This document shows, in pieces, positions 19,901 through 29,632 of a stretch of DNA of 64,000 nt. Both the position numbers and the translations under genes were made by a program. Under the pieces are notes generated by a model, which was not told where the DNA came from, ran no database searches, and saw only the letters and a list, made by a program, of their open reading frames with translations. Numbering within the stretch: the first letter of the stretch is position 1; each line of letters starts with the position of its first letter. This DNA comes from an uncultured Acidobacteriota bacterium (GTDB lineage Bacteria > Acidobacteriota > Terriglobia > UBA7540), in assembly GCA_963804995.1 (NCBI GenBank), contig CAWDSK010000003.1, positions 1,440,001 to 1,504,000 of the forward strand. The letters run 5' to 3'.

Positions 19901-20585
19901 CTCAGACCCGTTCGTGGACGACTCCAACATGCGTCGTTACTACGCCACTTCGAGTCTGGACCGCCGCCAGGTGTTCAACATGAACTACGTTTACGAATTG
20001 CCCTTCCTCAAGAACGCGTCGAACCATTATGTCAAGAACGCTTTCGGAGGTTGGCGAGTCAGCGGCATCACTAGCTTCTTCTCCGGACCGCCGGTGGACA
20101 TGGGCTGCATGCCTTCGGGCATGAGTACGGGGATTGGCGGGAACGCGTATTGCAACGCGCTAGCCCCGATCAAGGTCCAGAAAAGTGTGGGTAACCGTGC
20201 CCCGTACGGTCCTACTGCCAAATGGTGGGATCCGAGCCAGGTGGGCATGTTGTCCTTGGACCAACTACAAGCTAACGGCCAGTCAGGGATGTTCGGTTAT
20301 ATGGGCCGGAATATGTTACGTGGCCCCGGCCGCAACAACTGGGATGTTGCCCTGCACAAGGACTTCCTTATGCCTTGGTTCAACGGCGAACACTCCACCA
20401 TCCAATTCCGCTGGGAGACTTTCAACACCTTCAATCACACTCAGTGGAAAGGGTTCTCGTCCGGATGCAGCGGTTCAACTACGCCCGGGACCGCTTGTAC
20501 GGGCAGTGCCAACGCAAACACAGGTTTCGTGAGCAGTGACTGGGGTCCTCGGATCATGCAACTCGCGTTGAAGTACATCTTCTAG
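16977..20585 (+). CDS. Oar-like TonB-dependent receptor (carboxypeptidase-regulatory domain, plug, barrel)
   Basis: AAGGAGG RBS; GTITDASGA, LNGRQF, EFK...KSGT..FHG, N.FGFTFGGP, YFQDDWRV..RLTLNLG.R, C-terminal PRIMQLALKYIF. Confidence 0.93.
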   Translation: MRRLSLLFLLFSLPLFFLVPAMAQDTASIVGTITDASGAAMPNVKITVANPAKGIDRPTESDSVGAFRVGSLPIGTYSVTAEAPGFQKYLQTDIILDIGQVQRVDVQMTVGTTTQEVTVTGNVVKVQTDSGEQSSTITGNQIQALNLNGRQFVGLATLVPGAAVNNGYNPTAVGKKLLAYIEFSGNRHDYNDWRQDGGNIYNWQANGNFHTTPSLDAIGEFKISTSNFGADMGARAGILVEMSTKSGTRDFHGDAYDYVRNNVMDANPFFTNRQIGVQNAPKVPLKWNDFGFTFGGPLYIPGHYNTDKTKTFFFYSQEWRKVRAGTELSANAPTARMRAGDFSECDPLSVNRNPLITGCGSINSDGSVADLPVDPATGQYFTREGNGLVPVSTQAQTFLNAWVPLPNSGPIDWLKSPSVPTEWRQEMIRVDQNVGSKTRIYGRATWEKFFATFVPVFYTSSSYDSISSVYGGPSYNWVGHVTHTFTPTIVNDIMVHYDMFHNQWANSAGPSAGPNAVSKPSDWSMKYLFAPNAAQPILPGINVSDDVMSFSEDYGPRPYIANEHNFELKENLAITKSNHFLKMGFDYMQIGDNDWSIYTVISTNATTQGELAFSNGSAVTTHNALADMDLGRIATYAETSATRGGVPIGGYPHGKYFHWALEPYFQDDWRVTRRLTLNLGVRAYYLTRSHDQLGENDVAFVPQQFNQAVQAPLISVNGAAVVAPNAATGQIYNFTIFGNGLVQCGVGQIARGCQIQDGVRPTPRFGFAYQPFSTPNTVIRGGYGMFYDQLTTNEPGAEGVAGNVPVNLVSNARDIIGYGSISPSAAGPAPFAMITANQQYPRTQQFSLGVQHEFRSDWRLSVSYVGNISQHLSRTRQFNMIPIGTTTKTAPALAGTQYCDVNGVCDVQASMINAAHPAVFFYPYQGWDTIGLTETSAASNYHSLQSELRHNFGHGLTMQTSYTWSHMIDDGSNYGSDPFVDDSNMRRYYATSSLDRRQVFNMNYVYELPFLKNASNHYVKNAFGGWRVSGITSFFSGPPVDMGCMPSGMSTGIGGNAYCNALAPIKVQKSVGNRAPYGPTAKWWDPSQVGMLSLDQLQANGQSGMFGYMGRNMLRGPGRNNWDVALHKDFLMPWFNGEHSTIQFRWETFNTFNHTQWKGFSSGCSGSTTPGTACTGSANANTGFVSSDWGPRIMQLALKYIF

Positions 20586-20630
20586 ATCTGCTGGGAGAAT
20601 GCACTTCGTGTTTTTTAGTGGTTATTGAAG

Positions 20631-20672
20631 AATGCCCCGCCGGGCTTGCTGTTCCGGCGGGGCGTTTTGTTT
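20631..20672 (+). terminator. Rho-independent terminator
   Basis: gccccgccgg-10 nt-ccggcggggc followed by gttttgttt. Confidence 0.8.
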
Positions 20673-20689
20673 GTGGAGGACTCTTGCGA

Positions 20690-20810
20690 AGGACCCCGAA
20701 GGGGTCCAAGATAACTAGCCGTGGGTGCAACCTACGGAAGACTGTGCCCCTGGTGAACCCGACCCCGAAGGGGTCCGAGATCATTACAATTGTGGCCCCT
20801 CAAAGGGGCC
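20690..20810. repeat. REP-like cluster of gaccccgaaggggtc hairpins
   Basis: Three short palindromes (20692, 20761, ~20795). Confidence 0.65.
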
Positions 20811-20977
20811 GGACAAGCAAGAGCCCCCTCACCCGACCTCGTCCCTCGGCCACCCTCTCCCCTCGGAGAGGGATGGGGTCTGCTGGGTGCGCCTCCGGTG
20901 GTTGCTGGGGGCGCCGAACGTCGAAAACCCGACTGGCCATTGTACTCAGAGGCGGTCAGGCGTATGCTGACGGCCTA

Positions 20978-21184
20978 GTGTGGTGTCCCGGATAATATTT
21001 GACAAGGCTGTCCGACCCCCTCACCCCCCATCCCCTCTGTCGCCGCGGCGACCGAGGGGAGAGTTAATTCCCTTGCCCTCGCCCCTTTGGGGGAGAGGGT
21101 GGCTGGTCGAGGCGTTCTCATCAGCCGAGGCCAGACGGGTGAGGGGGTTCTACCCATTGTCAACTCTAGCACGGGACACCACAC
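20978..21184. mobile_element. MITE-like element with 13-bp terminal inverted repeats enclosing a palindromic repeat
   Basis: gtgtggtgtcccg ... cgggacaccacac. Confidence 0.6.
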
Positions 21185-21259
21185 GAGAATCAAAAAAGGA
21201 AATTCCGGCTTGCATCAAGTACCGTTATCCAGTGCGATTCAGGCAGGCGGAGCGAATTC

Positions 21260-22478
21260 ATGGCGGGTCCAATTCTCGGTGCAATTCTCCTCGCGGCGTT
21301 TCTGGCACCCCTGGTTCCTTCCCCCCAAACCGGTAGACAAAAGGAGCCAACGTCTGCGGGTCAAGCTGGGGAGATAAACAAACTTGCGAAGGACGCCACG
21401 GACGCCCTGCGCAAAGGTGATTACACAGCAGCCATCCCGCAACTGGAAAAGCTCACCGCGATGGCTCCTGATGTGCCCGAGTATCAGGCCGACCTGGGTA
21501 TGGCCTATTATTACGCCCGGCGTCCGCAAGATGCCGTCGCCGCGTGTCGCAAGGCTCTAAAGTTGAAACCTTCCCTCGCCATCGCCCACTATTACCTGGC
21601 GATCAGCCTTTCGGAAGCAGGGGATTGTGCCGGCGCGCTCCCACTCCTCGAAAAAGACTACCCGCGCCTCGAGGATCCTTCCTTACGTCGCGTCGTAGGG
21701 CTGGATGGTGCGCGATGCGCCATGGCGGTCGGTGAGCCCAACAAAGCAGTCAACTTCCTGCAATGGCTCAATCGCGATTTCGCCAAGGACCCGAGACGTC
21801 CTCTACCTGCGCACGGTTGTCTTTTCGGAGCTCTCCACTCGCGCCTCCGAAGAGTTGCTGCACGGCATGCCCGACTCCTATCAGGCGCGACGAATAAGGG
21901 CGGAAGTACTGGAAACGCAGGGAAGAATCTCTGAGGCATTTGATGAGTATCGCGCCATCCTCGCGATGGAACCCCAGTTGGCCGGGATTCACTATCACCT
22001 CGGCCGCTTGCTCCTGGCAGGCAAGCGCGATCCTGCAACGGAGGATGCGGCGCGAAGAGAATTTGAGGAGGAGTTGCGACTCAACGCGGCTGATGAGGGA
22101 GCTGAGTACGAACTGGGAGAATTGGCGCGGGAGGCTCAACAATGGGACGAGGCGATCGAGCATTTCGGACGCGCCGTCAAAATCGACCCGCGATTCTACC
22201 AGGCTCTCATTGGTTTGGGAAAATCCCTCCTTTCCGCGGGCCGCACGGCCGAGGCCATCGGGCCGTTGGAGAAAGCTGCAAGCGTCGCTCCTGATGAGGC
22301 GGTGGCACACTACCAACTGTCGTTTGCCTACCTCCGCGTAGGGCGGGAAGTAGAGGCGAAGAAGGAAATGGCGCTCTTCCAGGAAATCCAGGAGAGACAG
22401 GCACACGAGAAACAAGTGGTTCACCAGGGGGCCATGGACAGCATCACGCGGCCACAGATTCCTGAACCGCCGGAATAG
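21260..22478 (+). pseudogene. Secreted TPR protein with +1 frameshift at ~21794 (pseudogene or sequencing error)
   Basis: TPR units in ORFs 21260-21934 and 21705-22478; removing one A gives ...KDPDVLY... Confidence 0.8.
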
Positions 22479-22484
22479 ACCGAC

Positions 22485-22820
22485 GTTCTTTGCCGGAGCG
22501 AAGGACCTCCGTAGTTCCGGAGGCTGAGCAAAACGAACCGCATAAAGACACCACCAAGACACAAAGAAGAAACCGTGCGGCTGAGCGAACTACGGGGGTT
22601 CTTCGCCCCAACTGCGGGCTCAGAATGACAGGGTGGGTACGTCTTGACACTAACCAGGACGCGGTCCTGAACCTCTACGACTGCCCATTGTCCATCACTG
22701 TCATCCTGAGTTCCGGCGCTCTGTGCCGGGGCGAAGGACCTCCGTAGTTCCGGAGGAATGTGCGGAGCGGAAACTGCCGGGGTTCTTCGCCCAAACTGCG
22801 GGCTCAGAATGACAGGGTGG
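22485..22820. repeat. REP-like cluster (gcgaaggacctccgtagttccgga / ttcttcgccc.aactgcgggctcagaatgacagggtgggt) in tandem duplicate
   Basis: 22498-22640 approximately repeats as 22730-22822, between convergent genes. Confidence 0.8.
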
Positions 22821-22933
22821 GTAAGCAGGGGAATGAAGAAGGACGCGGTGCCCTCCATCTTAGCTTGGTTGCGCCAAGGTGGCTGCGTCGGGAGCGTGAA
22901 CGCTTCTGGTCCCGACGCGGCCAGCCTTGCCAC

Positions 22934-25048
22934 CTATCTCGCTTGGTCCATCTCCTGGGCGCCTTCGAGTGCCATGGGGTTGCGCGGATCGAGTGCAAGA
23001 GCGCGCTGGAAGGCTTCGCGCGCGCCTGCCCTATCTCCGCTCGCCAGGCACGCCGCACCGAGTTCGGCATACGCCTGAGGCTGCCGCGGATCGAACTGAA
23101 TCGTCTCCCGCATCAGCCGTTCGGCCTCCGCAAAACGTTTCAACCGGAGATACAGCAAGCCCAGGTTGAGCCTTAACGGCACGGCCCGCGGCGCCGCCGC
23201 CACCCCACGCTCGAGGAGAACAACCGCGTCCTGATAATGCTCCTGGCGCACCGCAGCTTCACCGAGCGCATTGAGCGCAAACACGTCTGTGGGGTCTAAC
23301 TTCAGCGCCTGCTTAAGCAGCACCTCCGCCTGGTCCAGCGTGCCATCGTCAAGCAGCAGAATCCCCAGCTCGCGCGGGGCGCGAGGGTTGGAGGGATCCA
23401 TCATGATGGCGCGCTGGTAGAGACGCTCGGCTTCCGCGCGATTGCCCAGCAGAGCTTCGGTATAGCCCAGCTCGATAGAGGCCGTGGCATAGTACGGCGC
23501 CGCCTGGAGCAGCCGGGCGTACGTGTCGCGCGCCTGCCGAATGTCGCCGCGCAAGAATTGGGTGGTACCGAGGTAATCGAGCGCCAACGGCTGCTGAGGG
23601 TCTTTTCCGAGCACCTCGCCGAGGAGGCGCGTCGCCGCGTCGTATTGACGCGTCCGGAGTGCCTGTACGGCGCGCAGCAGTTGCTCGTGTTCACCGACGC
23701 CTTCTTTAGGATCACGTCGCGAAGTTGTGAACGCCGGCGCTGCCGCCCCAGCCTCGCCCACATAGCCCAGGCTCGCAAACATCTCGGCGGTTTCCGCGCT
23801 CACAGGAGCGCGCGCCGACGAAGACTTCGCGGGAGTGTGCGTGCTGACCAAGGCTTCAAGCCGATCTCGCGCCGCATTGGCTACGGTCTGATGCGAGGAA
23901 TAATCGTTGTGCAACTCCCCCGGGTCGCGGTGCAGGTCATAAAGTTCCGGGTGCGGCGCTTGAATGTATTTGATCCCGTCCCAGGCGTCGGGCTGCGCCG
24001 CCGTCTGCGAGATCAGCGCCCGCAGCGGGTTCCAGCCCAGGTGCAACAGCGGGTACATCGTTTCCGCGTACACCGGATGGGGCTTCGGTTCTTCGCCGGA
24101 AATCAGGCTCCCGCCCAAGTCCGTCCCTTGCATGCTGGAAGGCACATGAAGTCCTGCAAGGCGGAGCAGGGTGGGCGCCAGGTCCACCAAGCTGACGCAG
24201 GTTTTTAAGTCTGCGGTCCGCACCGGAGAAGCCGGCTTCACAAGCAGGGGGACGTGAAGGGTCGAATCGTAGAGAAAGTAGCCGTGCGTCGATTCACCGT
24301 GGTCACCCAGCCCTTCGCCGTGGTCAGCGGTCAAAGCAATGACGCTCGAGTCATATATCCCCCGGCTGCGCAGGCCGGCAAACAACGTGCCCAGGGCTGA
24401 ATCGGTGTAGGCGATTTCGGCGTCGTAGGGGTGGGCGGCAAAGCGGGTGCGAAACGGCTCCGGGGTGCGATAGGGTTGATGCGGATCGTAAAAGTGCAGC
24501 CAGAGGAAGAACGGCTTGCCAGGGGATTTGCGGTCGAGCCACGCCAACGCCAGCCGCACCACCAAATCCGCCGGTCGCTTGATGTTAGGTAGGCCGGTGT
24601 CCTGCTCTGGGGTGGACCCACCAAAGCGATCATCGTAATCCTCGAAGCCCCGGTCCAGGCCGAAGCGCCTCAACAGCACGGGCGAGCCCAACACCGCCGC
24701 GGTCGTGTAACCGGCTCGTGAAAAATACTCGGCGAGAGTGGGAATGTCGTCCGGCAGACGAAAACCGGGCTGGTCGCGCACACCGTTGTAAAATGGATAA
24801 GTGCCCGTGAGCAGTGCCGCATGCGACGGCAGCGTCAACGGAACGGGTGCGTAGGCGTGCTCAAACTTAACCGATTCCTTGGCTAGCGCATCCATCGTCG
24901 GAGTCGCGGCGCCGCGGTATCCATAACAGGCGAGATGATCGGCACGAAGCGTGTCGATGGTAATCAGCAGAACGTCGCCGGCCGCTTTGGCCTGCGCGAC
25001 CGCGACCAAAGCGCAGAGGACCGGGAATACCATGCGGCTCCAGCGCAT
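22934..25048 (-). CDS. Sulfatase-like hydrolase with C-terminal TPR repeats
   Basis: LITIDTLRADH, TLPSH..LLTG, HFYDPH, TADHGEGLG.HGE.THG, TPR units. Confidence 0.9.
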   Translation of the reverse strand: MRWSRMVFPVLCALVAVAQAKAAGDVLLITIDTLRADHLACYGYRGAATPTMDALAKESVKFEHAYAPVPLTLPSHAALLTGTYPFYNGVRDQPGFRLPDDIPTLAEYFSRAGYTTAAVLGSPVLLRRFGLDRGFEDYDDRFGGSTPEQDTGLPNIKRPADLVVRLALAWLDRKSPGKPFFLWLHFYDPHQPYRTPEPFRTRFAAHPYDAEIAYTDSALGTLFAGLRSRGIYDSSVIALTADHGEGLGDHGESTHGYFLYDSTLHVPLLVKPASPVRTADLKTCVSLVDLAPTLLRLAGLHVPSSMQGTDLGGSLISGEEPKPHPVYAETMYPLLHLGWNPLRALISQTAAQPDAWDGIKYIQAPHPELYDLHRDPGELHNDYSSHQTVANAARDRLEALVSTHTPAKSSSARAPVSAETAEMFASLGYVGEAGAAAPAFTTSRRDPKEGVGEHEQLLRAVQALRTRQYDAATRLLGEVLGKDPQQPLALDYLGTTQFLRGDIRQARDTYARLLQAAPYYATASIELGYTEALLGNRAEAERLYQRAIMMDPSNPRAPRELGILLLDDGTLDQAEVLLKQALKLDPTDVFALNALGEAAVRQEHYQDAVVLLERGVAAAPRAVPLRLNLGLLYLRLKRFAEAERLMRETIQFDPRQPQAYAELGAACLASGDRAGAREAFQRALALDPRNPMALEGAQEMDQAR

Positions 25049-25331
25049 CAGCGAATACCCGCCATCGGCAACTCGGAGCTTTCAGCGAACCTGTCTTGGC
25101 TCGGCGTGAAATAGAGAGTCGCCTTCCGCTCTACGCTACTATATCCGGCCGCTGCGCAGCGCAAATTCTTAGCCCCCGGGTAGTGACCTCATTTGAACCG
25201 GAATTTCCATTTTGCCTTGCCGGCACCCGCTAGTATAATCCTGAGCGCCCCCGTTGGAACCGTTTTTTCATCCTTTACATCCGGAGCGACGCCGATTGCG
25301 CACGACAAGGCCAGCCCGCCTCTTCCGGTTT

Positions 25332-25448
25332 AAGGAAATGGCGCTCTTCCAAGAAATCCAGGAGAGACAAGCACACGAGAGACCAGTGATTCGCCAGGGG
25401 GCCATGGACAGCATCACGCGGCCACAGATTTCTGAACCGCCGGAATAG
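25332..25448 (+). pseudogene. 117-bp duplicate of the TPR gene 3' end (22362-22478)
   Basis: 7 mismatches in 117 bp by manual alignment. Confidence 0.85.
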
Positions 25449-25473
25449 CAAGCCCGGCGGGGCGTTTTGTTTT
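25437..25473 (+). terminator. Terminator-like hairpin related to 20631-20672
   Basis: ccgccgg-aatagcaagc-ccggcgg followed by ggcgttttgtttt. Confidence 0.55.
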
Positions 25474-25600
25474 CGGGAACCCTCTGGGGGGGGCCGCCCG
25501 AACAGAGTAAACATCATCGGGACGGGCTTTAATTCCGTGATCGGTTTTCCTCGAAAGAAGGGGGGAGGTTCTGGACTGTCCGGGGAGCCAACTCGATCCT

Positions 25601-26266
25601 TCACACCTCATCATCCCCGTTTACCTCAACCTCCTCGGACACACCGTTGCCCGTAGACATATTGAGGGGCTCGCCGGGAGGGATCAAGGACTTGCTCGCC
25701 GCCACTCCATCTGTGGCGGAGGCTCCCGCGCCACCGGTCAGCAGTCTATTCAGAAGCGCAACCTTAACGCGGTTCGATTCCACGAAGTCCACGCCCAGTG
25801 CCGTAAGTGCGGAAGCTGCGTTGTCCCCCAGGGTGATGTAATTCTTGCTCTTGAGGTACCACATCGTGAAGTGCAAATAATCGCGGGGAAACCCCATGCG
25901 CATTTCAACTTCGGCAAGTGAAACTTCCGGGGCATGGGGGGTTGTGCGGCGCTGCATATAGAGCACCGCGAGCACCGCCAACCGCCGGTTCAACTCCCCC
26001 TCGTGGATATCCATAAAATCAATCGAAGTGGAGAGCGGGGCCGGCTTGGGCGCCTGGTTTTTGTAAGTCGCATCGTATTGGGCGCGGCGCTCTGGATCGG
26101 ACAATACGTCATAGGCTTGCTTCAACAGGATGAATTTTTCAGGATCGCCCGTCTCCGGGTTGTCCGGGTGAAAGCGCCCCGCCAGAAATCGATAAACGCG
26201 TTGGATCGTGGTGAACTCGGCGTTGGGGCTGATTTGCAGGAATTCGTAGTAATCCGGGATTTTCAT
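25601..26266 (-). CDS. J-domain (DnaJ-like) protein
   Basis: DYYEFLQI...HPD...AYDVLSDPERRAQYD. Confidence 0.88.
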   Translation of the reverse strand: MKIPDYYEFLQISPNAEFTTIQRVYRFLAGRFHPDNPETGDPEKFILLKQAYDVLSDPERRAQYDATYKNQAPKPAPLSTSIDFMDIHEGELNRRLAVLAVLYMQRRTTPHAPEVSLAEVEMRMGFPRDYLHFTMWYLKSKNYITLGDNAASALTALGVDFVESNRVKVALLNRLLTGGAGASATDGVAASKSLIPPGEPLNMSTGNGVSEEVEVNGDDEV

Positions 26267-26341
26267 TTTGGCTCTTCGAGTTACTGGGAGTATACACCAC
26301 AGTGCCCTGCGGGTCCACGGGAGGGGGTTCCCGCCGCGCCT

Positions 26342-28444
26342 TTAGGGTTGGATGTTGGTCACGCCCTCTTGTCCAGGGTGGGGGAAATGTTTCTCATACC
26401 ACGCGATGCTGCGGTCGATGGCGTCCGCCAGGTGCCGAGTCTCGTCCAATCCGTGGCCCTCGCGCGGATAGCGCACAAAGATAGTTTCCACGCCCACATC
26501 CTTGAGGGCGATAAAGAACTGTTCGGAATCCGCGATGGGCACGTCCGCGTCGTTCTCACCATGCATAATCAGCGCCGGGGTGTGGACGCTTGCCACATGC
26601 TTCAGCGCGGAACGCTCCCAGGCGAAGTCCATCCAATTGCCCTGGTGCAGAAACTGGCCGAATTCCATCGCTTCAAATTGATTGGCATAGGTCAGGTAGT
26701 TAAAGCTGACCAGATTCGCCACCCCGCGGATGGGCACCGCGGCCTTGAACTCATTCGTCTGGGTGATGAGCCACATGGTCAACTGGCCGCCGTAACTCGT
26801 GCCTTCGAGGCCCATGCGCTCCCGGTCGAGCCACAGATAGCGGCGCAGCGCGGCGCTGACTCCGTAAAGCACGTCCTGGGCTTCATTTCCGTTCTGATCA
26901 CCCAGGACCGCGTCCATGAACTGCTGGCCGTAACCCGCGGAGCCCCGATAGTTCACTTGCAACACGGCCCAGCCGCGCGCGGCGTAAATCTGATTCTTGA
27001 TGGTGAAGGCCGGTCCGCTCTGGGCGTGGGGACCGCCATGCAGGCTCACAATGAGCGGATGCTTGGGAGCAAGCGCCATATCGGGCAGCCCTGCGGTGAT
27101 GCCCAGGGGCTTGGTAAAAAAAGCTTCCACCTCGTATTTATTATCGTTGCTGATGAAGGTGAAGGGCTCAACCTCCGCAATTTTCTTGTGGGCGAGAACT
27201 TCGGCGTTCAAGTCGGTCAGCCTCTCGGCAGGCGCGGCGCCGGTTTGGAGATACAGCTCGGCCATGTCGCGCGGAGTTGTGAGGGCATAGGCAATGGTGC
27301 CACCTTTGCCTACTGACCACCCGCCGACGGTGCCAAGCTCAGCCACCACAACCTGCGGCGCACCCGCCGAACCAGACACGGAAATCGGCAGGCGAGCCAA
27401 GTGAATGCTGCCGCGTTCTTCCTTGGTGAAATAAACCGCGTTGCCCTCCGGAGACCACTGCGGCAACCCCTGGCGGGTGTCAATCCCCGACCCGATTTCG
27501 CGGCGATGGCTGCCGTCGGAATCCATAATCCAGACGTGGCTGGCTGCCGCAATCATGCTCGCGGTAGTCTCCTGGTTCGTCAGCCCACGCCGGTTGGCGG
27601 AGAAGGCAATACGTTTTCTATCCGGTGACCAACGCGGAGCATACTCGCAACTTTCCGTGGCCGTCAGGCGGCGGACTCCTCCATCCGTAACCTTAACCGA
27701 AAACAGGTCGTAATTAAGAAACTCGTCTCGGTTAGGTTCGTGGTTCGAAACAAAGAGGATCTCCTTTCCATCCGGCGACCAGTCGATGGAATGCTCATCG
27801 GTAGTCCCCTGAGTCAACTGGCGAACTTGCCGGGTGGTGATGTCGGCCACGAAGATGTGCATTCGGCGGTTGTCATTGAAATGGGTCATGCCTTCCGTCA
27901 TCGTGGGCTTGTAAAGGTAGCGCGTGATCACCATGGGGTCGCCCGTGGCCTCAGCCGTCTCAGGCCCCGGAGTCGAAGAGATGAAGGCAATCTGCTTGCT
28001 ATCGGGCGACCACGTGACGAGTGCCCCCTGGCCAGGAAGCGGTGAATTTGAGCCTGTGGCCGGAGCGATAAACGTTGCGCTGGAGCCGTCCGCATGCGCC
28101 ACCCAGAGCCCTGCCTGATCGCCCGTGCTGCCAAAATAGGCCAGCCACTTGGAATCCTGCGACCACACCGGCGTTGCTCCCTTTTCTTGGCTGAGGACTG
28201 TAGTCTTGCGGCTCGCGAGGTCCATAATCCACACCTGCGAATAGGGCCGTCCGGGGCGATCGAACCTCGTCACGGTGTAAGCGACGCGCTGATTGTCAGG
28301 AGATAATGCCACCTCGCCCACCGAACGGAAGCGGTAGAGGTCAGCCGTCCCGAGACCTTGCGCCCGTAGGGGAGCGGTCAACACCAGGCTCGCGAGCAAG
28401 GCAATGAATGGAATCGGAATTTTCCCGACAAGTCGCGGTTGCAT
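26342..28444 (-). CDS. S9 family peptidase (dipeptidyl aminopeptidase/acylaminoacyl peptidase)
   Basis: Signal peptide, PD40-like WSPD repeats, HGGPH, NYRGS.GYG, GTSYGG, HGEND..VP, YPREGHG. Confidence 0.93.
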   Translation of the reverse strand: MQPRLVGKIPIPFIALLASLVLTAPLRAQGLGTADLYRFRSVGEVALSPDNQRVAYTVTRFDRPGRPYSQVWIMDLASRKTTVLSQEKGATPVWSQDSKWLAYFGSTGDQAGLWVAHADGSSATFIAPATGSNSPLPGQGALVTWSPDSKQIAFISSTPGPETAEATGDPMVITRYLYKPTMTEGMTHFNDNRRMHIFVADITTRQVRQLTQGTTDEHSIDWSPDGKEILFVSNHEPNRDEFLNYDLFSVKVTDGGVRRLTATESCEYAPRWSPDRKRIAFSANRRGLTNQETTASMIAAASHVWIMDSDGSHRREIGSGIDTRQGLPQWSPEGNAVYFTKEERGSIHLARLPISVSGSAGAPQVVVAELGTVGGWSVGKGGTIAYALTTPRDMAELYLQTGAAPAERLTDLNAEVLAHKKIAEVEPFTFISNDNKYEVEAFFTKPLGITAGLPDMALAPKHPLIVSLHGGPHAQSGPAFTIKNQIYAARGWAVLQVNYRGSAGYGQQFMDAVLGDQNGNEAQDVLYGVSAALRRYLWLDRERMGLEGTSYGGQLTMWLITQTNEFKAAVPIRGVANLVSFNYLTYANQFEAMEFGQFLHQGNWMDFAWERSALKHVASVHTPALIMHGENDADVPIADSEQFFIALKDVGVETIFVRYPREGHGLDETRHLADAIDRSIAWYEKHFPHPGQEGVTNIQP

Positions 28445-28461
28445 ATGTTCCCCTCCGGTCG

Positions 28462-28751
28462 GTAGTGTCCTAGTTTGGGAAAAAGCCCCAAATGACCCCT
28501 CGCCCGTCCCGCCCCGGCTGATGAAAACGCCGGCTGCGGTCCACCCTCTCCCCTCGGAGAGGGCGGTTGCTCAAGGTAAGGTGCGGCGCCGGAGCCACCC
28601 TGAGATCATAGCCTTCTCCCTAGGGGAGAAGGTGGCTGACGTAGGAGGCCGGATGAGGGGTTACTTACAGCCGCAGGGCGTCGAAACAATTTGCAACTTA
28701 TAAAAAATTCAAAAACCATTAACCCGGCGCTACGTCAAACTAGGACACTAC
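28462..28751. mobile_element. MITE-like element with 16-bp perfect terminal inverted repeats
   Basis: gtagtgtcctagtttg ... caaactaggacactac, enclosing a ccctctccc-family doublet. Confidence 0.7.
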
Positions 28752-28913
28752 TCTCCGGTCAGCGCCCCTTGAGAGATGGAATTGGTCGACCATGTTAAAT
28801 GCGCGGCGGGATTCCGGTCAATCCAAAGGTGGAAGCTTGTGGCAAGCGAAGTGTGGCCAAGCCGCATTAGCCCGGATTTCTCATCACGGGTTTGGAAGAG
28901 CGGTGCTACCGGC

Positions 28914-29453
28914 TCATGACTCCTGCCCGCCCTGGAGGCGGCCGATGGTTATGAAAACTACAGAAGGCACTAGGAAAACGAGGATCATCTTCAAATCATC
29001 CGGCACCTGAGGTCCGGACTCTGGCATGTCACCTCCATCGGGTACGGCCTTATTGTGGTGGTTGGGGTCGTAACGAATCGGCAGTGGCGAACCTGGCGGG
29101 TGCTGTGCAACCCACCGGCGCATCAGGGCCGCCTCTTGTGCGGAATACGTAACGCGCGAGCGGAGGCTCGTCGTCACTTCTTCACCGTCCACGGTATAGC
29201 GCAGGCCGGATTCGATGCGCCAGACATATCGCGAGCTGCTGTGCCGACCTCGGGCTAGATCCCGTTGAACGAATTGCTGGGTGATGGTGGCAACCACGCT
29301 GGGCCATTTCGCCTGCCGGCTTTCCTGGTAGGTGTCGATGGCGATTTTGACGATTGACACCAGAGTGCAAAGGGCAAAGAAGTAACCCAGCACCGTTGCC
29401 CATCCAAGTGACCGGCCTGGCTTGCCGCGTCGCAGCACTATTTCCATGTCCAA
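28914..29453 (-). CDS. DUF3592-like membrane protein
   Basis: Two TM segments around WPSV.ATI...RYTVDG...IRYDP. Confidence 0.7.
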   Translation of the reverse strand: MDMEIVLRRGKPGRSLGWATVLGYFFALCTLVSIVKIAIDTYQESRQAKWPSVVATITQQFVQRDLARGRHSSSRYVWRIESGLRYTVDGEEVTTSLRSRVTYSAQEAALMRRWVAQHPPGSPLPIRYDPNHHNKAVPDGGDMPESGPQVPDDLKMILVFLVPSVVFITIGRLQGGQES

Positions 29454-29507
29454 ACCCTTAACAAACTCACTAAATCCGGCTTATTTGTGACGAGTCTATG
29501 GCGCTGT

Positions 29508-29519
29508 GCAATCGATTGC
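29508..29519. promoter_or_regulatory. LacI-type operator-like palindrome
   Basis: gcaatcgattgc, upstream of the DUF3592-like gene. Confidence 0.35.
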
Positions 29520-29632
29520 GTTACGGCATACTTTCAGCCCACCTAATATTGAGAATATAAATCCAATTCGCTCCCTCTGTGCACGATTTCTTTTTCGGGA
29601 GGGTCATCACCGCCGCTTTCGATTTCGGCCGC

